DNA of 64,000 nt from Octopus bimaculoides (GCF_001194135.2 NC_068990.1:89630740-89694739), one strand, 5' to 3'. Numbered from the stretch's first letter, positions 25,531 to 39,801 are shown. The notes: generated by a model from the letters alone, not told the origin. Translations and numbers: made by a program.

Positions 25531-26901
25531 ATATTTTTCCTCTTTATCTATGTTTCTGAGTTAATGTACGCATTAGAAGTGTATTTAGATATATGATATC
25601 TAATAGAAAGTAAGTTGACAAGAAAGAAATACGAAAGAAACGAAGTAATAAAATTATTCTTATTTTCTTATTACATTTCTGTGAATATTTTTTTAATTAT
25701 TTCTGTGAATTGCAAATATGAATGCAGAATATTAAAACAAAGGAAGGATAATAAACTCAATAGACAAAGGAACAACATTGGACCTATAAAAATATTTAGA
25801 AAGAGAAAGAAAATGATTAGTTTAATAGGTGAAAGCAAAAGCCAAAACATTTTGTAATAAACAAAATATTTTTTTTACATGCTGGGTCAGGAGAAAGGAA
25901 TCGTTCTGATGGCATCCTAGAGCAACCAGTTTAGTACCATTACTATATTGAACAATCGTCAGTACCAGCGAGAAAATCATGCACAAAGAAGATATTCCAG
26001 GGAGTCAATTTTCTGTGAACGAAAGACCAGGCGCAGTGGATACAGTATGGATGATGAAAGGGCGAGAAGCAGGTGGGACGGGTGTGCTGGAATGAAGAAT
26101 AAAATAAAGGTAACATGAGAAGGTATCATGAGAAGCAGAAGTCACTATAAAAATGGTAGAAAATGAGAAGAAAGGAGAGGAGAGCACGCCAGTAATGCAG
26201 TTGTCAGAACGCGTCTATGAGCGGCTTTATGTCGATTAGACGGGTGGGTCTTTTCTGGATGCGAGATAAGGAGTTTATGAGTAGCTAGAGCAGAAGAAAT
26301 ATTGTCTTGTACTGTTTGGCTATGCTATTTTTATGTTCTGATTTCAATTGGTGTTCAATTCGATTTTGTCTTTTATATTCATCCAAAGCCGATAAAATAG
26401 ATGCCAGTAAAGCACTCGGGGGCGGTAGTAGTGATGTTTCGCTGAACGATAGTGACCCAGTAGAACCCAATTTCAATAAAAGTGAGTGGTATACAAATAC
26501 AATGGTAAAGAATAAAATAATCTTTAGAAAATAATAAAACGAAATCCCACAAGTTGAATTTAACGAAGTAAAAATGATAGGAACAAAAGTCAAAAGAAAA
26601 TATATCAAAGAAAATAAAATTAGCACGAAAGCCAAGAATCGTTTAAAATTCTGATCTAAAGCAGAAACAGAACTGATTGAAACATTTCAGCTGCACTGTC
26701 TCCAAGATATAACACCATGCACACACCTTTTGACCACCTGAGTCCCGCAATAACTTTTGCTGATTAATAATAAAATATATACAGTCGTGTATTGAGTTTT
26801 ATTTACCCTATTTGTTCTATCAAACTTTTCTCTCTCATTTACATAACATAAACATACAAATTCATATGTATATATACAACAACCAACCTACCTACCTACC
26901 G

Positions 26902-26954
<53 letters not shown>

Positions 26955-27480
26955 NNNNNNNNNNNNNNNNNNNNNNNNNNNNNNNNNNNNNNNNNNNNNN
27001 NNNNNNNNNNNNNNNNNNNNNNNNNNNNNNNNNNNNNNNNNNNNNNNNNNNNNNNNNNNNNNNNNNNNNNNNNNNNNNNNNNNNNNNNNNNNNNNNNNNN
27101 NNNNNNNNNNNNNNNNNNNNNNNNNNNNNNNNNNNNNNNNNNNNNNNNNNNNNNNNNNNNNNNNNNNNNNNNNNNNNNNNNNNNNNNNNNNNNNNNNNNN
27201 NNNNNNNNNNNNNNNNNNNNNNNNNNNNNNNNNNNNNNNNNNNNNNNNNNNNNNNNNNNNNNNNNNNNNNNNNNNNNNNNNNNNNNNNNNNNNNNNNNNN
27301 NNNNNNNNNNNNNNNNNNNNNNNNNNNNNNNNNNNNNNNNNNNNNNNNNNNNNNNNNNNNNNNNNNNNNNNNNNNNNNNNNNNNNNNNNNNNNNNNNNNN
27401 NNNNNNNNNNNNNNNNNNNNNNNNNNNNNNNNNNNNNNNNNNNNNNNNNNTATATATATATATGTATATATATATATATC

Positions 27481-28630
27481 TTAGCTCATGCAAAAGTAGA
27501 ATTCGACCACATGTTCCAGTTGGGTCTTATTCGTTCTTTTACTAGCCCATGGTCTTCATCTCTCCATTTGGTCCGCAATGGATTTCCGCCCAGTCGGCGA
27601 TTATAGCAGATTAAATGCTATTATGATCCTAGACAGATACTCTGTTCCACGACTGCAGGATTTTATTTCTACTTTGCACGGTAGTACTGTCTTTTCTAAG
27701 GTTGATCTTGTCCGGACGTATCACCAGATTCCTTTAAATCTAGACGATATACCAAAGATTGCCCTTACCACTCCTTTTCGTTCGTTTGAATTCCTTCCAA
27801 TGCCTTTTGGATTGCGGAACGCCGCTAGCACCTTTCAAAGGTTTATAGACTAGGTCATTCGTGGTCTCGACTTTGTTTATGCTTATATTGATGATTTACT
27901 CATCGCAAGTTCTACGATGGAAGGGCATATCCAGCATCTAACGCTACTTTTTCGGCGTTTACGTGATTATCAAACCAAAATCAACCCAGCAAAGTGTGTG
28001 TTTGGTTCTGCGTCGTTAGAATTCTTAGGCCACATCATCGATCGTGATGAGATTCGTCCTCTCCAAGAGAAGGTACAAGCTATTCAGAAGCGTCCTCCTC
28101 CATCTTCTCTGAAGTTATCTCCCTTTCACTGTTACATGTGGCTGATTTTCAAACTGTTAAACAAGCACTGACTAATGTTTCGGTGTTGGTACACCCAAAA
28201 CCAGATGCAAAGCTTTCGCTTGTGGTAGATGCATCAGATACACCGGTAAGTATCGAACTGACCAAGGAATTCTGCAACCGCTGGCATTTAAATCCCGCCA
28301 GCTCAAGCCCGCTGATACATGCTGTAGCACGTTTGGAAGAGAATTACTCGCTATTTATCTTGCGGTGAAGCATTTTTGTTATTTCCTGGAAGGAAGGGAG
28401 TTTACTATATTCACAGACCACAGACCCCTTACCTTTGCACTTTTTTACCAAGTCGGACAACTCTTCACCGACAGAGACCCGAAATCTTGATTATATATCG
28501 TAATTTTCTAGCGATATTCGGCATATCTCCTATTCTCGCTATATTGTTGCTGACACCTTATCTCGCTTGTCAGTTTGTTCATTGTCGTCCACTTCTACGA
28601 TAGACTTGATTGCCTTGTCAGCTGGCCAAC
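27481..28630 (+). mobile_element. Ty3/Gypsy LTR retrotransposon pol remnant (RT + RNase H), disrupted
   Basis: SPWSS, DFRPVGDYSRLN, FSKVDLVRTYHQIP, MPFGLRNAASTFQRFID*, YAYIDDLLIAS, KCVFGSASLEFLGH, LVVDASD, FTIFTDHRPL, VADTLSR. Stops, frameshifts and an internal deletion. Confidence 0.95.
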
Positions 28631-28660
28631 CACTACTATCGACCTTTGACATTTCATCTG

Positions 28661-29102
28661 AGTTACGGTTCAGTTCAGTCCATTATCACCGAAGATTTTA
28701 GGTATGAGATGCGTGTCTGCCAAGTTTGTGCCAAAACTGCTTTCAGCTGGCCAAAGTGACACTCGGGTTTCAGTTGCACAAGATCTCGTTGATTGTGCTG
28801 AGGACGATGAAAACTCTTTGAAAACTTTGCGTAGGAGACTGAGTAGGTATCGCTAAGCTTTTGGCAAAATTTGATGCAGATTCTCTTCTCAACTTTCTCT
28901 GTCATGCTCAATGCGACGATCACACGCTACACATTTTCCTTCCAAGCATTGCTGTAAACAGCGGAAGTGAGTTAGAAAGTTAAAACTTAGGTGCGCATGC
29001 ACAGCACAGTGCAAAGTCAATCTGTGCCAAGCGGCTTCACTCTGCGTGATTTAGCTGCGATACTATGGCAACAACCCGGATACATATGGGTCAAACCACG
29101 TA
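28661..29102. mobile_element. Mariner transposase remnant with internal inversion
   Basis: Plus 28661-28825: SYGSVQSIITED/LGMRCVSAKFVPKLLS...VAQDLVDC. Minus 28826-28905: MTEKVEKRICIKFCQKL. TIR-like end TACGTGGTTTGA at 29102 with TA. Confidence 0.85.
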
Positions 29103-29129
29103 TATACACACACCCGAACATACATATAC

Positions 29130-29176
<47 letters not shown>

Positions 29177-29595
29177 CACACACACANNNNNNNNNNCACA
29201 CACACACACACACGCACACACACACACACATATGTATATACATTCATATACACATACATATATATAAATACACACGTACACAATCCAAAGCAAATATTAT
29301 ATGCTTATATGAATACTTGTAATGACGCACATATATAGAGATACATGCGTACACTCCTCGACTATGACGGGTTTCGTAACCATAGAAGCATGTGAAGAGA
29401 TGCTGGTAAATATATGACATCAGTAAGCAAAAAAAAAAAAATTTTAAATAACAATCAATGCAGCAAAAAATAAAACATATATATAAACAAAAAGAATTTA
29501 GCAAAACAATAAAATACACACTTGTGAAGGGAAACAGGGCGACAACTAAAAGAATTATATCTTTAAATGTTTATATGAGTAGGGATGATATACGC

Positions 29596-29638
<43 letters not shown>

Positions 29639-29759
29639 CAGGCATACAATACATTTTACAAAGCCATAAGATTCATATAAGTTTATATACAAGCGGATAT
29701 ATACGCAAATGTATGTATACATATATACACCTATATACATACATACATACATACATACA

Positions 29760-29793
<34 letters not shown>

Positions 29794-30293
29794 CATGCAT
29801 AGTCAGTTCAAAGGAAAAAAAAACAATTAAAAATCAAAGAAAAGAAGGATAAAACGAACGTGGGGAGGTGCACGAGGAATATATGAATTTGACGCTCGGT
29901 GAAAGGAGAAAGTTGTGAACGTCGCGTAACTATTTAGCCAAACTTAATATTTTAAATACACGGACCATATGTACTTGGAGTGTAGCCTTTAAAATGATTA
30001 ATTTCATTTCTTACAGATTTTTGAAATTCTCACGGTAAACTTCTCGTTTGCTAAGACAAATCTCCGAAAGTGGATGGAGAAAATTCGCAGTGTTATTTTG
30101 GAATATTGATAGCACATCTCTCATGTTCACAGAAGATGAGGATTCATGCCCCGTATTCTGCCTTCCACTTTTTCCCAATGAAGGATTTTTTAACTTAATA
30201 TTCTACATGCTATTATTCAGTGATTTATTTACTTCGAGTTCCACTGTTAAAATCGATTTATTACACCCCACCGTATGTGTGTGTGTGTGTGTT

Positions 30294-30350
<57 letters not shown>

Positions 30351-30669
30351 NNNNNNNNNNNNNNNNNNNNNNNNNNNNNNNNNNNNNNNNNNNNNNNNNN
30401 NNNNNNNNNNNNNNNNNNNNNNNNNNNNNNNNNNNNNNNNNNNNNNNNNNNNNNNNNNNNNNNNNNNNNNNNNNNNNNNNNNNNNNNNNNNNNNNNNNNN
30501 NNNNNNNNNNNNNNNNNNNNNNNNNNNNNNNNNNNNNNNNNNNNNNNNNNNNNNNNNNNNNNNNNNNNNNNNNNNNNNNNNNNNNNNNNNNNNNNNNNNN
30601 NNNNNNNNNNNNNNNNNNNNNNNNNNNNNNNNNGTAGTGGGTAGCGATTTTCTTCATTACTTCTGGGAG

Positions 30670-31010
30670 TGACGACCCCTGCATGACTCGAGTCCCGGGC
30701 TCAGCTGGCTCCGGCTGACAGTATCCAGTATGGGCCCCTATCCAGGGTTACGGAAAGGAGACAACTTTCAAAGAAATCCGGAACGGAGCCCCGTAGGTGG
30801 TTTAGTGTTCGACTCGACACTCTTCCGGTAGCTCCTGCAACCAAGCTGGTGCCAAATGTAATGCTCTGCAATCTTTTGGGCTACGTCAGCAAGGTCGAGA
30901 GAGGAATCCTGACGATTTGGCTACCCAGGATTTTCTTACATCTAGCCCAGGCCTGCGCAAAAACTGGAGAGGACACTTCAGTGCTGCTGTAAAAAGCTTC
31001 GCTACATCTG
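30670..31010 (+). mobile_element. GC-rich segment resembling an RTE-clade LINE 5' UTR
   Basis: Locally GC-rich. GGAAAGGAGACAACT and GGTAGCTCCTGCAACCAAGCTGGTGCCAAATGTA resemble RTE 5' regions as I recall them. Confidence 0.4.
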
Positions 31011-31703
31011 CATCACTTACCAGAGGGAGTGTTTGTCCAGGATAGGAATACACAGCCACAGCAGGAGATGTAAGTGACATGAAGTGTAAAAACCAAACTG
31101 GATTATTTTATGCGCAACTCCATTGTCTTCCGAGACAAAAGGGTGCCAACAACAACAACAATATATATAGGCTAACCCTATTAAGATGTTATGTCCGCTT
31201 TTTGCAGCCATCAGACCCTACTTGCAATCTTCCAACTCACTGCATGACATATTAAGCAAGTATATTTTAACATAACCATGCGTCTATCCAAGCGTTATAT
31301 TTTTCTATATATTAACATATCGATTTTCTTTTGTCTACTTTGCTCCTGTATTTATATATCTTCTAAATGTCTTTAAAAAATTTGTCACATAATTACTAGA
31401 GGCTTTTAGAGTAAAGATGTATTGAACATGATATATATGGACTGTTTACATATTTATTAATCTAGTTATTTATCGGCTTCCATTTTTTCTCTCTACTGAT
31501 CTCGTTTACTACTTGTTCATTAATCTATGACAGGCAATGACAGATTTATCACCAGGAGACATATTTTCTTTATCATAATTAGAATATAAAATTAGTGTAT
31601 CAACACATTACTTTAGAGGTACGTATCTTTTAAAGACATTATGATGAATATATATATATATATATATATTTATATAAGATAATGATAATGTCGTTTTATT
31701 ATA

Positions 31704-31760
<57 letters not shown>

Positions 31761-32788
31761 ATATATATATACACACATACATATATATACACGAACAAAC
31801 AAACACACACACATATGTACATACATATATGCATATATATAATGATACGCTAGTCATTGCAATTTCCAGGTCTCGAACAGTTAGTGACTTTAGTACTGCA
31901 TTTCTTTCAAGCCCTGTGTATACATGTTATTCTGTACCGTAGGAATGATAATGAAACGATTGAATCTTGCATGCGTTTAATTTCACACTGCTTTCTTCGG
32001 CCCATCTTCGTAGAGATTAGAGGTCCTTTCTGTGAGTTCTTTTTTTCAGTATAATTTGTGCTTTTACTGTCTTTCAAACCTTCGTATTATCTGTGTAGCG
32101 AGGGAGAAATTTTATGTTGAAAACCAAAAGAAAGTTTCATAGAATTACTACAAAGAGTAACGTTTCCTAGGACTGTCTAAGTTGCGCCCCGCTTTATATA
32201 TATTTCTATGTAAATAGATATGTATATGTACATATGCACATATATATGTATATATTTATACATGTACGGAAATATGTTTGTAAATGATTATGTGTGTATG
32301 TGTTTATGCGTGTGTGTATGTTTATGCTTATATACGTACGTAACATGCATTCTATTGTATATACATATATACATGAAGACATATACACGCACGTGTACGT
32401 GCGTATACTGTAACATACCGTAGTGTCTATCAACACGAACACTGATCTATCGCATTCTTGTTATGACCAAAACATTCTGTCAAAAGAACATCCAGCCTTT
32501 GACAACTGACACCGACCGAAAAAGCATTATAATTGCGCTCCTCAACACCCACATAAATGATAAATAATCTCTGCTTGCCAGTAGTGAAATTATTTCCCCT
32601 TCTACATACCATCTTTCATTGTCAATTACTGAGCCACGTATACAGCACATACGGCCATGTAGCAACGTATAAATCACATAAATCTACATACACATAGCAT
32701 ACAGTTTCCATGTTATGTTGCTAATATATTAATATTATAAGACTGGTTATCTCACACATTTCTTACAATCCATATCTGACATCACAGT

Positions 32789-32848
32789 GTTGTCAAATAT
32801 AATAAAATGTTGACCTTTTGACACCACGAAATTGTTCACTCGACAAAA
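32789..32848 (-). repeat. Degenerate family F fragment
   Basis: Minus strand TTTTGTC-GA-GTGAACA...TCGTGGTGTCAAAAG...TATTTGACAA aligns to 2499-2550. Confidence 0.4.
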
Positions 32849-33651
32849 TGAAATAATAAATAGAATTATCAATTCCCCAGCAACTTGTCCACAGGAATTG
32901 ACCTGATCAATGCAAGCAGCCACACATTCTTATTTAGAAGCCATTCTTATTTCTCTTCATCCAGATCCTAGATATTTGAGAACGAGAAGTTTTCTACGAT
33001 TACGAAACTCCGAATGATATAAAGGTGAATCAACTTGCTAACAAACGCTGTATGAGTTTGAGTTCAGCGCTCAGTCATTTGCACCATGAATCGGAGTATG
33101 TGTATGCGAATGTATGTATGTATGCATGTATGTATGCATGTATGTATGCATGTATGTATGTATGTATGTATGTATGTATGTATGTATGTATGTATGTATG
33201 TATATACATACGAGGGACGTGCCGCCTAGNNNNNNNNNNNNNNNNNNNNNNNNNNNNNNNNNNNNNNNNNNNNNNNNNNNNNNNNNNNNNNNNNNNNNNN
33301 NNNNNNNNNNNNNNNNNNNNNNNNNNNNNNNNNNNNNNNNNNNNNNNNNNNNNNNNNNNNNNNNNNNNNNNNNNNNNNNNNNNNNNNNNNNNNNNNNNNN
33401 NNNNNNNNNNNNNNNNNNNNNNNNNNNNNNNNNNNNNNNNNNNNNNNNNNNNNNNNNNNNNNNNNNNNNNNNNNNNNNNNNNNNNNNNNNNNNNNNNNNN
33501 NNNNNNNNNNNNNNNNNNNNNNNNNNNNNNNNNNNNNNNNNNNNNNNNNNNNNNNNNNNNNNNNNNNNNNNNNNNATATATATATATATATATATATATT
33601 TGTGTGTGTGTGTGTGTGCGTGTGTGTATATATATATATATATATGTGTGC

Positions 33652-33689
<38 letters not shown>

Positions 33690-34371
33690 CACACATACAC
33701 GTTAAAGTCAAAATAATAGATGTAAATTAATATATGTTCCGCGTATGCATACAAAGCTGTTGAGGTATAGAAATTAACACCGGAAAGGGACAAATGAAGC
33801 AATGTGACCCAGAATATCGAGATTTCTATCACGCTGTATTTTATTGTAAAAACACTTTGCAAAGAGATCTTTAATAACGGATGTTAACAGTAAAAAGCAA
33901 TTGAATATATACTTAGAGTTATTCGATCGTCAGTAATAATCTCATATAAAGAAAATATGTTTATCCTGAAACTGAGGAGATTTTTCAATAAATATGTTAT
34001 GAATTCATGTTTGAAGCATTAATATAATGAAATATAATGATGTTCCGCAGCAAAAAGACGCTAAAATGTAATCATCTTATGTATATTAAGATAAATGTAT
34101 ATATTTATTAAATTTATATCTTTCACGGATGCTAAATGGCGTTTCTAACACTTGCAGCAGTAAATTAACGAGTAAGATGCCCTCATAAGCGAAAAGATTT
34201 TGAATAGCAGCCGACATCATAAGTCAGTCAAATGTGCCATGATGCTAGTTCACTCAGCTTGAGTTAGGAAAATCTTTATGTTCACGATATATATACATAC
34301 ATACATATGAAGTGGGTACACGACAAAACCAACGGCTACGAGTTTACTCTAAGAGATAATCAGATGCTTGC

Positions 34372-34830
34372 ATGTCAGTGTGGTTCAGAAGCCTGCTTTG
34401 CAATCACGTGGTTTCGGGCTCAGACAGCGCTGCACTTTGGGCGAGTGTCTTCTACAAGAGCCCCGGATCACCCGATGTCAAGTGAGTGGATTTGGTGGAC
34501 TGAATGTGAAAGAAACTAGTCCTATATATATATATATATATATATATNNNNNNNNNNNNNNNNNNNNNNNNNNNNNNNNNNNNNNNNNNNNTGTGTGTGT
34601 GTGTGTGTGTGTTTATGTGTGTGTGGCAGTATTTGTACCCCGCCATCGCTTAACATCCGATGCTGGTATGTTTATGTCCCCGAAACTTAGCGGTTCGGCA
34701 AAAGTAACCGATAGAATTAGAACTTGAATTAAAAAATAAAATACTGAGGTCGATCTGTTTGAATAAACCTTTGAAGGCTTTGCCCCAGCATGGCCGCAGT
34801 AAATAAAGGAAGCAAGAAAAGATCAGTGGT
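34372..34830 (+). mobile_element. SINE family B, near full length, with internal (TA)/(TG) microsatellite
   Basis: tRNA-like head, CTTTGGGCGAGTGTCTTCTA, GTGAGTGGATTTGGT, then AACTTAGCGGTTCGGCAAAAG and CCAGCATGGCCGCAGT. Confidence 0.8.
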
Positions 34831-35948
34831 TCGTGGAGCTTGGTTTTGTCTACGCCAATAGAGCGAATTTCAAGTGTAATACAGTACTTGGACAACGTAC
34901 CTTTGAATAGTTATATGACACAGAATTCTTTCCAATTAATACGTATATCTTCTAGTTTAATGGAAAAAGTGCGTTTATAAACGAACTGCAAAGTCTATCA
35001 AAGCCGGTCAAGTATAGAAATGTCTACTGAATAAACACTGAAAAGCAGATAATGTCTTTGATTTTGAATTAAAATGTTAGAAATCCTTTCGCGAAGTTAG
35101 ATTTCTAATAGCAAAGATACCGTAGCAGAATTCATGAGACTTTCAATTCCGTCTGTAAGATTCTGATGGAAGTCGTACCAAGGAAATTACTGCTCTTGAA
35201 TTCTTCAAAAGCAGTAATATCTTTGGTAAGACTCGTCAGTTGTATCAGAGGAAGTATCTAATATATCTATATATCATTATATTATTATTATATTATTATA
35301 TTATTATATTATTATATTATTATATTATTATCCATATATTCACCTTATGGCAAGAATTGTCTGTATATTTATTTTTCAGTATTCTCCATTATATTGGGAT
35401 ATATATATATATATATGTAGTAGTAAGAAAAAGGGAGGAGGAGAATTTCGATTATCCCCACGTGGTCAGTTGCAATGCAACAAATATATATATTTTATAA
35501 AAGAAGGAGTATTGTGTTTGTCGACCAGTTTCGCTTTCGCTGATCATGACATTAAAATTATTATAATAATTTCGTATTTTCTCAAGAAAATTTTAGTCCA
35601 GGTTGTTTATGGGAGTTTGTGAATGAATCTCGTTTCAGGGACTTTTTCTAATTTTTTTTTCTGACCAGGACTGTATTCTTACAGCCATTAGTAATGAACT
35701 TACCTGCCTTCGGCCAGGGGATCTGACGAGTTGCCTATATTGCTAAGAGCAACAATCGATGTGAAACCAATGGTAACTTTCTAACAGGCCATAACGAACG
35801 ACTACACTAAATCTTACTCCTCAGAAAATTTGTTAGAGTATGCTTTTTCGGATTTAGGAAGAACTGACCGATATGTGTGTGTGTGTTTGTGTGTATGTGT
35901 GTATATGAGTGCATATGTGTTTGTATATTTACATATATGTGTATATGT

Positions 35949-35980
<32 letters not shown>

Positions 35981-36744
35981 TGGTTAGTTGAGTTAGCGGT
36001 TAAAATAACCGTTTAAAGGATAGAAGTATCCATTACACTGCCGGTATATTACCTATATTTAACAATACTAATTTATTATTTTTATTATTATTTCAATAAT
36101 TGATGTAAGTCAATTGTTGTTCATCAATACTTCCCCATTTTCTGTTTTCTTTACATAATATAAATATATATATATAAATATTATTATTTCTAAATCTCTG
36201 TAAAGGAGACTACGGAAGCTGTAGTAGGTATTAATAGTTATCGCCAAGCTAACATGGCAGTCCAGAAAAATAGGACATATATATTTGTGTGTATATATAT
36301 ATATATATATATATNNNNNNNNNNNNNNNNNNNNNNNNNNNNNNNNNNNNNNNNNNNNNNNNNNNNNNNNNNNNNNNNNNNNNNNNNNNNNNNNNNNNNN
36401 NNNNNNNNNNNNNNNNNNNNNNNNNNNNNNNNNNNNNNNNNNNNNNNNNNNNNNNNNNNNNNNNNNNNNNNNNNNNNNNNNNNNNNNNNNNNNNNNNNNN
36501 NNNNNNNNNNNNNNNNNNNNNNNNNNNNNNNNNNNNNNNNNNNNNNNNNNNNNNNNNNNNNNNNNNNNNNNNNNNNNNNNNNNNNNNNNNNNNNNNNNNN
36601 NNNNNNNNNNNNNNNNNNNNNNNNNNNNNNNNNNNNNNNNNNNNNNNNNNNCCAAACGCCCCCCCCCCACATGCACACATGCACGCAGTCATCCATATAC
36701 ACTCACGCACATACACACATGTACACACATAACAAGCATCCACA

Positions 36745-36870
36745 TAATTTGGGTCCCGTCTCCCAATTTCACTACTAAGTGATTTGGGGCTAATAACAGA
36801 AGACACTTTCCCGAGGTGCTGCGCCGTGAGACACAACCTGAAACCATACGCTTGCAAAGTGAGCCTGGCG
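36745..36870 (-). mobile_element. Family B-related SINE head
   Basis: AGAAGACACTTTCCCGAGGTGCTGCGC...GAAACCAT. Confidence 0.6.
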
Positions 36871-37194
36871 TTAACTTTGCGAATCTCAGACCTTTTGGTC
36901 TTAGCATGTCTTTTCGGAGAGAGAAATGATTTGCCCTTTGGCCATAACATGATTACAATAATTAGAAATTAATAGAAAATGTAAATATTAAATCAGTGCA
37001 AATGGTTTGTGTTTGAGGGTCGGAGAGGTAAGTAAAGGAGAGCAGGGGGAGAGTGCTGCATCAAATCGAAAGAAGAACAATTAGCATAGGGTGAAAGAGG
37101 AGGATTATGGGATGGCGGTATGTAGGCGGAAGTGTTCTCTGTTGAGAAAGTCAGTCACCGATGTCAATACTCACTCATCAGGTACATCAGGGTG

Positions 37195-37530
37195 ATTGTG
37201 AGGACAATAGCTTGGAAAGCGATGATAATGATAAAGGAAGATAATGTTACTGATGGTGAGGGTGCCGTTGCTAGTGGTAATGATGAAGAAAATGGTGATG
37301 TTGAAAATGATGAGAGCGATGATGCTGTTGACGATGACAGCGACGAAGATGAGGTGGGGGTGATAATGGCGACGACAACAACAATGATGATTACGTTGAT
37401 CAGGTTGCTGGTGGTGCCGACGGTGATGATGATAATGATGATGATGATGATGGTGTTGGTGGTTATGTTGCTGGAGGTGGCGCTGGTAGTGGAGTGGTGG
37501 TGGTGGTGGTGAGAACGATGATAATGAAGG
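37195..37530. repeat. Cryptic GAT/GGT trinucleotide tract
   Basis: Direct reading. Confidence 0.85.
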
Positions 37531-37991
37531 CGCTGACCTGTTCAGGCAGAGCAAACCATTATCTCCTGAAATATAAACATGTCAACAAGGCAAATAGCGA
37601 TGAGCGCCGCATTAGTCAAATGTTCCCCGCAGCTTAACGCTTCCTTCCATACATTGAGGGTATGCGTGCTGTTATCTATGCGTGTGTTTCCGCATACATG
37701 ATATATATGTATACATACATGCATACATACATACATACATACATACATACATACATGAATACATATACAAATATGTATGTACACCGACACGCACATACGT
37801 TTTTCTATCTGCGCGTGTGTGTGTGTGTGTAGGTGTGTGTGCACCTGTGTGTGCGTGTGTGCATGTGTGTGTGCGTGTGTAACTTCGTACTGTTGTGAAA
37901 CAAAAAAAAAACTGCTCAAACATCAGACGCAAACGCTTTTTCTGCAATAATGAGAAAATCGAAAAGATTTAAAAAAAAACTACTGGATTTC

Positions 37992-38135
37992 TCTCCTCCT
38001 CCTCCTGCTGCTCCTCCTCCTGCTCCTGCCCCTGCCCCTCCTGCCCCTTCCCCTCCTGCTCCTCCTGCCCCTCCTGCTCCTCCTGCTGCTGCTGCTGCTG
38101 CTCCTCCTCCTATTCCTCCTCCACCAACACCACCA
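37992..38135. repeat. CCT/GCT trinucleotide tract
   Basis: Direct reading. Confidence 0.9.
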
Positions 38136-38177
38136 TGTGTATGTATGTGTGCGTGTGCATATATAAGTGTGTGTGAA

Positions 38178-38256
<79 letters not shown>

Positions 38257-38640
38257 ATGATGTTCAAATCGCCATCATAATGCCACTATTTTGATAACCA
38301 AACGCGATATAGTGGGTTAACTTTTTCATTTGTATGGGACCAACCCAAGGATGAATAGACGGAAACTGTGTGGAATCTGATCCGATGAAGTATATCTCTA
38401 ATGCAAAATGGCAACTTTGTGCGCGTATATACGCGCACATACAAAAACCTACGTACACACGCACACGCACACACACACACACACACAAACACACACAGAT
38501 ACGCACATACGTACAATCACACACGTACATCCAATCATTCATCGTACCGTACATCGTACCATACTGTGTAGAATACTCACATATTTTACACACTAATTCG
38601 ATAAATCACACACGCACACACACACATACGCACACGCACA

Positions 38641-38687
<47 letters not shown>

Positions 38688-39022
38688 GTGCAGATACATG
38701 CACACACATATGTATATAGATGTGGATTGTTGGAATCAAGTTCCATGATTATTAATAATCGAAACAAATTACACAACTGATGGAATTTAACTGGAAACAA
38801 TAAAAGATAGAAAAACAAAAAATAAAGCAGAGAAAAACAGAACAAAAACAACAAAAAGCAAAAGAAAAATGCATATCCCTATGAATTTCCTTATCTCAGT
38901 TTTTTCTCTCCCTGTCCCCCTCACTCACTCTTTCTTTCTCTCTCTCTCTCTCTCTCTTGCAACTTGCACACAATAGATATAAATAAATCATTCTCTTTAC
39001 ATGTATGTACATATATATGTAC

Positions 39023-39056
<34 letters not shown>

Positions 39057-39801
39057 NNNNNNNNNNNNNNNNNNNNNNNNNNNNNNNNNNNNNNNNNNNN
39101 NNNNNNNNNNNNNNNNNNNNNNNNNNNNNNNNNNNNNNNNNNNNNNNNNNNNNNNNNNNNNNNNNNNNNNNNNNNNNNNNNNNNNNNNNNNNNNNNNNNN
39201 NNNNNNNNNNNNNNNNNNNNNNNNNNNNNNNNNNNNNNNNNNNNNNNNNNNNNNNNNNNNNNNNNNNNNNNNNNNNNNNNNNNNNNNNNNNTAGATATAT
39301 AAATGTTCTGAAAACTATTCAAAGACTTGGATTTTATATCTTTTTCTGTTAATTATTATATATATATATACATACACACACTCATACACGTCGATATATA
39401 TGCAAGAAAGTATATTTACATACATACAAACGTATGTACACACACACACACACATGTATATGGGAGTGTATCTGTGTTGTTTATTTGAAATGATCAGGTT
39501 CGAAAGAAAACACATAAATAATCGGTGCAAATAAAATTCCCTAAAGTGTTATTCTGAAAGATAAAATGAGAAAGAGTTAGTGAGAATGAGAGAGGATGAT
39601 ACAGTCAGAGACAAGAAGGATACACAATTAACGGTATTTTAGAATAGGACAGGAATTGTTTGATGGAGAGGAAAATTGACATTTTGAAAGTGTTGCAAGA
39701 TATGAAGGTGTGTTCATACATATACCCATATATACGTTTGTGTACATGCATATTCAGAGATATGCATATACATGCCTCCGCTTATACAATTCATGTATGT
39801 G

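Noticed and set aside
26285-26635. Overlapping ORFs on both strands, possibly a transposase N-terminus
   Set aside because: No diagnostic motif.
33209-33229. TACGAGGG mariner-TIR-like start
   Set aside because: It runs into a gap after about 20 nt and cannot be supported.
37171-38294. Poly-His and poly-Pro ORFs
   Set aside because: They are trinucleotide low-complexity tracts with no flanking domain or splice support.
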